A stretch of DNA of 32,000 nucleotides from Mycolicibacterium smegmatis. GTDB lineage: Bacteria; Actinomycetota; Actinomycetes; Mycobacteriales; Mycobacteriaceae. Positions 27,644 through 32,000 of the stretch are shown in pieces; position 1 is the stretch's first letter, and every line of letters begins with the position of its first letter. The notes under the pieces are model-generated. The model had not been told where the DNA came from. It made no database searches and saw only the letters and a program-made list of their open reading frames with translations. The stretch covers positions 870,001 through 902,000 of the forward strand of contig NZ_LN831039.1 of assembly GCF_001457595.1 (NCBI RefSeq), written 5' to 3'. Made by a program: the position numbers and the translations under genes.

Positions 27644-27955
27644 GTGGGGGAGCGTTTGCCGAATCCGCAGGTAGTCGTCGGGTCGCTGTTGTTGGCGTCC
27701 GGCGTCCTGGTGTTCGCCGCCGGCGTGGCCGTGCGGTTGTTCATCGGTCGCCGCGCCGGCTCATCCAGGCTGCGCAGACGCATGTTCGCATTCCGCCGAA
27801 CCGCGGTGGCCAGGGTTTTCTTCGGTTCCGTCGACGATGACGAAGTGTTCGAACCCGACGAACTCGACCAGATGGTCCTCATGCCGACGATCGTGCTGGC
27901 ATGTGGTCTGTGCCTGACCGGCTTCTTTTTGCTGGGATACCGAGTTTTGAGCTAG
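27644..27955 (+). CDS. Small conserved membrane protein, two predicted TM helices
   Basis: GSLLLASGVLVFAAGVAVRLFIGRR and MPTIVLACGLCLTGFFLLGYRVLS. GC3 bias consistent with coding. Confidence 0.55.
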   Translation: MGERLPNPQVVVGSLLLASGVLVFAAGVAVRLFIGRRAGSSRLRRRMFAFRRTAVARVFFGSVDDDEVFEPDELDQMVLMPTIVLACGLCLTGFFLLGYRVLS

Positions 27956-28698
27956 CGGGCCGGGGACGGCGCCGAGGATGCCGCCTGGTCCGCCATCTCA
28001 CGGATCGAGCCGCGCCAGACGTCGCCGTGGCCGGGCAGCAGCACCTCGGTGTCGAGCAGCCCCAGCGCACCGAGGCTGCGCAGACACGCCTGCTGGTCGT
28101 GGTTGAACACCTGATGCAGCAACTGAGGGCCGCGCCGCGAGGAGGTCGGGTGGCCCGTCACCAGAGCGTCGCCGGCCACCAGGACACCATCGACCAGATA
28201 GGAGCAGTGCCCGCCGGTGTGTCCGGGAGTCGGAATCGCGGTGGGTTTTCCCGGCAGCCCGATCTCGGGGGTGAACGCCTGCGTTGAGGGGATGCCGGAA
28301 TGATCGAATGCGCCCTGACGGGAGATCGCCAGTGCCCACTTCAGCCAGCGCGGCTGCCAAACCTGACGGGCCACGCCCGCCGGGGTGGCCTGCTCCAGGT
28401 ACTCGCGCCTGGCGTGGCCGACTTCGTCTGCGTGGCAATACACCGGTGTGCCATAGGTTTTCGCGAGCCAGATGGCAGTGCCGAAGTGGTCGACGTGGGC
28501 GTGGGTGAGCAGCACGGCCTTGATGTCGTCGGGACCGAATCCCAGTTGCCGCACCGAATCGAGCACGTCCTCACGTTGACCCGGGAACCCCGCGTCGATG
28601 AGCAGTACGCCGTCGTCACCGGTCACCAGCGTCCAGTTGACGAGGTCGGTGCGGGCGAAATGGACGCGGTCGGTGATCTTGTTCAGGGCTACTGCCAT
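27952..28698 (-). CDS. MBL-fold metallo-hydrolase
   Basis: VLLTHAHVDHFGTAIWLAKTYG (HxHxDH), PTPGHTGGHCSYLVDGVLVAGDALVTG and VLLPGHGDVW. Confidence 0.92.
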   Translation of the reverse strand: MAVALNKITDRVHFARTDLVNWTLVTGDDGVLLIDAGFPGQREDVLDSVRQLGFGPDDIKAVLLTHAHVDHFGTAIWLAKTYGTPVYCHADEVGHARREYLEQATPAGVARQVWQPRWLKWALAISRQGAFDHSGIPSTQAFTPEIGLPGKPTAIPTPGHTGGHCSYLVDGVLVAGDALVTGHPTSSRRGPQLLHQVFNHDQQACLRSLGALGLLDTEVLLPGHGDVWRGSIREMADQAASSAPSPAR

Positions 28699-28704
28699 GC
28701 CGTG

Positions 28705-28710
28705 AGTTTA
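28705..28710 (-). promoter_or_regulatory. Candidate -10 (TAAACT) of a leaderless transcript for the MBL-fold gene
   Basis: Minus strand reads TAAACT-CACGGC-ATG. The TANNNT hexamer lies 6 nt from the ATG, fitting a common mycobacterial leaderless-promoter layout. Confidence 0.4.
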
Positions 28711-28729
28711 GGCATTGGAGTAGAAACGA

Positions 28730-29743
28730 ATGGTGGCTGAATTGAAGCTAGGTTACAAGGCATCTGCGGAGCAGTTTGCTCCTCGCGAGTTGGTCGAGTT
28801 GGCGGTTTTGGCCGAGTCGGCAGGTATGGACAGTGCGACTGTCAGTGATCATTTCCAGCCGTGGCGTCACGAAGGTGGGCATGCGCCGTTCTCGCTGGCG
28901 TGGATGACCGCGGTGGGCGAGCGCACCAAGAACCTGGTGCTGGGGACGTCGGTGCTGACGCCGACGTTCCGGTACAACCCGGCGGTGATCGCCCAGGCGT
29001 TCGCGACGATGGGATGTCTGTATCCGGGGCGGATCTTCCTCGGTGTGGGCACCGGTGAGGCGCTCAACGAGATCGCGACCGGGTATGCCGGCGAGTGGCC
29101 AGAGTTCAAGGAGCGGTTCGCGCGGCTACGCGAATCGGTGCGGTTGATGCGTGAGCTGTGGCTGGGGGACCGGGTCGATTTCGACGGCGAGTACTACCGC
29201 ACCAAGGGCGCGTCGATCTATGACGTGCCCGAGGGTGGCATCCCGGTGTACATCGCCGCGGGTGGTCCGGTGGTGGCCAAGTACGCCGGCCGTGCCGGTG
29301 ACGGGTTCATCTGCACCTCGGGCAAGGGTGAGGAGCTCTATGCCGAGAAGCTGATCCCGGCGGTCAAGGAGGGTGCTGCGGCCGCCGATCGCGACGCCGA
29401 CGCGATCGACCGGATGATCGAGATCAAGATCTCCTATGACACCGATCCCGAGTTGGCGCTGGAGAACACCCGGTTCTGGGCGCCGCTGTCGTTGACCGCC
29501 GAGCAGAAGCATTCGATCGACGATCCGATCGAGATGGAGAAGGCTGCCGACGCGTTGCCCATCGAGCAGGTCGCCAAGCGCTGGATCGTCGCGTCGGACC
29601 CCGACGAGGCGGTCGAGAAGGTCGGCCAGTACGTCAAGTGGGGGCTGAACCACCTGGTGTTCCACGCCCCGGGCCATGACCAGCGTCGATTCCTCGAGCT
29701 GTTCAAACGCGATCTGGAACCGCGGTTGCGCAAGCTGGCCTGA
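28730..29743 (+). CDS. fgd: F420-dependent glucose-6-phosphate dehydrogenase
   Basis: Full-length sequence [66 protein letters not shown]...[43 protein letters not shown], which I recognise as mycobacterial Fgd1. Confidence 0.96.
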   Translation: MVAELKLGYKASAEQFAPRELVELAVLAESAGMDSATVSDHFQPWRHEGGHAPFSLAWMTAVGERTKNLVLGTSVLTPTFRYNPAVIAQAFATMGCLYPGRIFLGVGTGEALNEIATGYAGEWPEFKERFARLRESVRLMRELWLGDRVDFDGEYYRTKGASIYDVPEGGIPVYIAAGGPVVAKYAGRAGDGFICTSGKGEELYAEKLIPAVKEGAAAADRDADAIDRMIEIKISYDTDPELALENTRFWAPLSLTAEQKHSIDDPIEMEKAADALPIEQVAKRWIVASDPDEAVEKVGQYVKWGLNHLVFHAPGHDQRRFLELFKRDLEPRLRKLA

Positions 29744-29921
29744 TTCTGGCCTGATTCTGGGCACTCGTGCGGGTGCTCGCGCGAGCTGCAGTGCTCGCGC
29801 GCGCGTTCACGCGGTCGCTCACGCGCCGCGAGCGTGCGCGCAGCGCTGCTGATTCGCGGTGCGTCGGGCAGCAGACCCGCACGCTCGCGGTGCAGGGTGA
29901 CGCTGCGCGGTGCGGGGTGAC

Positions 29922-30686
29922 TCAGGCGGTGGTGCTGACAGAGCGTTGCACGGCACCGACGGTGCCGTGGCTCGTCGCGGTGAGACGCACGCGGTCGGCG
30001 CGGAACAGGTCGTAGGCGTATTCGAACGGCCTGCCCGTGTCGTCGCGGGTCACCCGCGTGATCGCCAGCAGCGGTTTGCGATGCGCGACATCGAGCCACT
30101 GGGCCTCGCGGGGGCTGGCGCTGACCACCTCGATGGTCTCGGTCGTGGTGGCGGGTGTCAGACCGTAGCGCACCTGCAGCAGTTCGTAGAGCGACCCGCC
30201 GAGCGGCTGTTCCAGCAGGTCGTTCATGCGTCCGGCGACGAAGCAGGCGAGGTCCACCGACAGGGGCACCCCGTCGGCGAACCGCAACCGCCGGATCGTG
30301 AAAATGTCTGTGCCCAGGGGCACTTCGAGGGCCTCGGCCTCGATGGCGGTCGCGGGCCTGCGGTCGGTGCCCAGTACACGGCTGGTGCTGGTGTGCCCGC
30401 CGCTGTGCAGGCGTGCGGGCAGACCGACCAGCTCGGCGGCATTGCGCTGCACCACGTCGGCCCGCACGAACGTGCCGCCGTTGCGGCCGGTGCGACGCTC
30501 CAGCACACCGGCCTGGCTCAACGGCAGCAGGGCGCTGCGCAGGGTGGACCGCGACACCGCGAAGGTCTCCGCCATCTCGCGCTCGGTGCCCAGCCGCGAA
30601 CCCGGACGCAGCATGCCCTGGGCCAGCATCGACAAAATCCGGCGGCGTACGTCTTCGGCCACCGGACCGCCCGACGTCTCCTCCAT
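29922..30686 (-). CDS. GntR-family transcriptional regulator with UTRA-like effector domain
   Basis: DVRRRILSMLAQGMLRPGSRLGTEREMAETFAVSRSTLRSALLPLSQAGVLERRTGRNGGTFV (GntR wHTH), then a UTRA-like C-terminus. The larger tracked ORF to 31208 overlaps the SDR and is over-extended. Confidence 0.87.
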   Translation of the reverse strand: MEETSGGPVAEDVRRRILSMLAQGMLRPGSRLGTEREMAETFAVSRSTLRSALLPLSQAGVLERRTGRNGGTFVRADVVQRNAAELVGLPARLHSGGHTSTSRVLGTDRRPATAIEAEALEVPLGTDIFTIRRLRFADGVPLSVDLACFVAGRMNDLLEQPLGGSLYELLQVRYGLTPATTTETIEVVSASPREAQWLDVAHRKPLLAITRVTRDDTGRPFEYAYDLFRADRVRLTATSHGTVGAVQRSVSTTA

Positions 30687-30694
30687 GGCCGGTG

Positions 30695-31471
30695 CTACGT
30701 CGCGATCGCGTCCAGGGACTCGGGCAGCACCTGTCCACCGTCGACGGCGATGGCCTGACCGGTGATGTAGCCGGCCTCCTTGGTGGCCAGGAACGCCGCG
30801 AGGTGGCCGATGTCCTCCGGGGTGCCCAGCGCGCCCGCGGGGATGGAGCGCGCCATGCTCGCGATGTACTCCTCGCCGTTCTCCAGCAGACCCTCGGTCA
30901 TGATGTTGCCGGGCATGATCGCGTTGACGGTGATCTTGTGCGTCGCCAATTCGATTGCGGCCGTGCGCATGAAGCCCAACTGCGCGGCCTTGGTGGCGCC
31001 GTAGTGCGACCAGCCGGGGTACCCGGTGATGGGACCGGTGATCGACGACGTCAGCACCACGCGCCCGCTGCCCGACGCGATCAGCGCGTCCAGGCAGGCC
31101 TGTACCGCGTAGAACGTGCCGTTGACGTTGACCGCGAAGATCCCGTTGAGCTGCTCGGGCGTCATGGTGGCCAGCGGCGCGTCGGGGAAGACGCCCGCGT
31201 TGGCGCACACGACGTCGATGCCACCGAACTCCTCAACGGCGCGCCCGGCGAGCGCATCGCACTGGGCGCGGTCGCTGACATCGGTCTGCACGCCGATGAC
31301 CTTGCCGGAACCCAACTGGTCGAGATCGGCCACACACGCGTCGATGTCGGCGGTCGAACGGCCCGCCACCGCCACATTGGCGCCGGCCCGCGCGAACACC
31401 GTGGCGATGCCGCGGCCGATGCCCTTGGTGCCGCCGGTGACCACCACTGAGCGGCCCTGCAGGTCGAACAT
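30695..31471 (-). CDS. Short-chain dehydrogenase/reductase (SDR)
   Basis: [59 protein letters not shown] and [19 protein letters not shown]. Strong AAGGAG upstream of the ATG at 31471. Confidence 0.94.
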   Translation of the reverse strand: MFDLQGRSVVVTGGTKGIGRGIATVFARAGANVAVAGRSTADIDACVADLDQLGSGKVIGVQTDVSDRAQCDALAGRAVEEFGGIDVVCANAGVFPDAPLATMTPEQLNGIFAVNVNGTFYAVQACLDALIASGSGRVVLTSSITGPITGYPGWSHYGATKAAQLGFMRTAAIELATHKITVNAIMPGNIMTEGLLENGEEYIASMARSIPAGALGTPEDIGHLAAFLATKEAGYITGQAIAVDGGQVLPESLDAIAT

Positions 31472-31482
31472 GTTTCTCCTTG

Positions 31483-32000
31483 TCATGCTGTCGGGGTGAG
31501 GGGTGACGCAAAAACCGCGTCCTGTAGCCAGCTTTGGTCGCCGAGGTAACGCTCGGCCAGACGCGCGGTGCCGCGCGCATAGTCGGCGCCGACGGAGATC
31601 GCGGCGTCGGCGTCGGCGTGCGAGGCGATCCACGCCGTCAACTGCACACGACGCAGCATGACGAACGTCGGGATCAACGCCAGGTGCTCCTCGGACAGCA
31701 CCCGCACCGCCTGGTATCCGCGCAGCCAGTCGGCGATCATGGCGTCGGCCTCCGGGGTGTCCTCGAGCCACGACACCACAGCGGCCAGATCGGCCAGATG
31801 CCAGCCCCAGCCGCAGTCGTCGAAATCGATCACGGTGATGCCCGCGCCCGGCGAGGACGGGTCGACCATGAGGTTGGACAGCCGCAGGTCGGCATGGATG
31901 AGCCCGAACCGGTCCGAACCGGTGCCGAATTTGCTGATCCGCGAGGTGATCTCGGTCACGGCGCGCTCGATCGCCGCTGTGTCGCCCTTGGTGAGCGCCG
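31483..32000 (-). CDS. Phosphotransferase (APH/choline-kinase-like family), N-terminal part outside the window
   Basis: [16 protein letters not shown]...[20 protein letters not shown] (HxDxxxxN and DFD). The frame stays open to the window edge. Confidence 0.85.
   Translation of the reverse strand, partial: ALTKGDTAAIERAVTEITSRISKFGTGSDRFGLIHADLRLSNLMVDPSSPGAGITVIDFDDCGWGWHLADLAAVVSWLEDTPEADAMIADWLRGYQAVRVLSEEHLALIPTFVMLRRVQLTAWIASHADADAAISVGADYARGTARLAERYLGDQSWLQDAVFASPLTPTA

Noticed and set aside
29767-30015. 82-aa ORF MRVLARAAVLARAFTRSLTRRERARS in the post-fgd spacer
   Set aside because: Arg/Ala repeats arise from the GC-repeat DNA and it runs into the GntR 3' end. It could pass for a small basic peptide but nothing supports translation.

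Overview
This 32 kb window is GC-rich mycobacterial core chromosome. Gene content and order match my recollection of the Mycolicibacterium smegmatis region from the CO dehydrogenase genes through purA and purT-metZ to fgd. That species call is from memory and was not checked. From left to right it contains: (1) the distal part of an aerobic form I Mo/Cu CO dehydrogenase cluster (3' end of coxS, coxL with the AYACSFR signature, and XdhC/CoxF-, MoxR/CoxD-, CoxG- and VWA/CoxE-like accessory genes); (2) dedA-like, fba, conserved mycobacterial genes, a CDF metal exporter, a site-2-protease-like gene, purA and a PaaI-like thioesterase; (3) a leftward block of Na+/H+ antiporter, MMPL transporter, cytochrome P450 and 3Fe-4S ferredoxin; (4) a small ZnF-UBP protein, purT-like, a small membrane protein, rhodanese, metZ-like and a conserved hypothetical; (5) an SDR, a secreted phytase-like esterase-family protein, GNAT, an LLM oxidoreductase, an MBL-fold hydrolase, F420-dependent glucose-6-phosphate dehydrogenase (fgd), a GntR/UTRA regulator, a second SDR and a partial phosphotransferase. 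I saw no tRNA/rRNA, CRISPR array, insertion sequence or obvious new defence system. The most useful non-coding signals are a 30-bp dyad over the CDF exporter start (SmtB/ArsR-like layout), a near-perfect 20-bp palindrome directly upstream of the SDR at 24619, a perfect 20-bp inverted repeat between convergent genes at 23694-23750, and an AT-rich, codon-atypical 5' end of fgd next to a candidate leaderless divergent promoter. The most interesting protein-level lead is a bacterial ZnF-UBP domain encoded divergently from an Na+/H+ antiporter.
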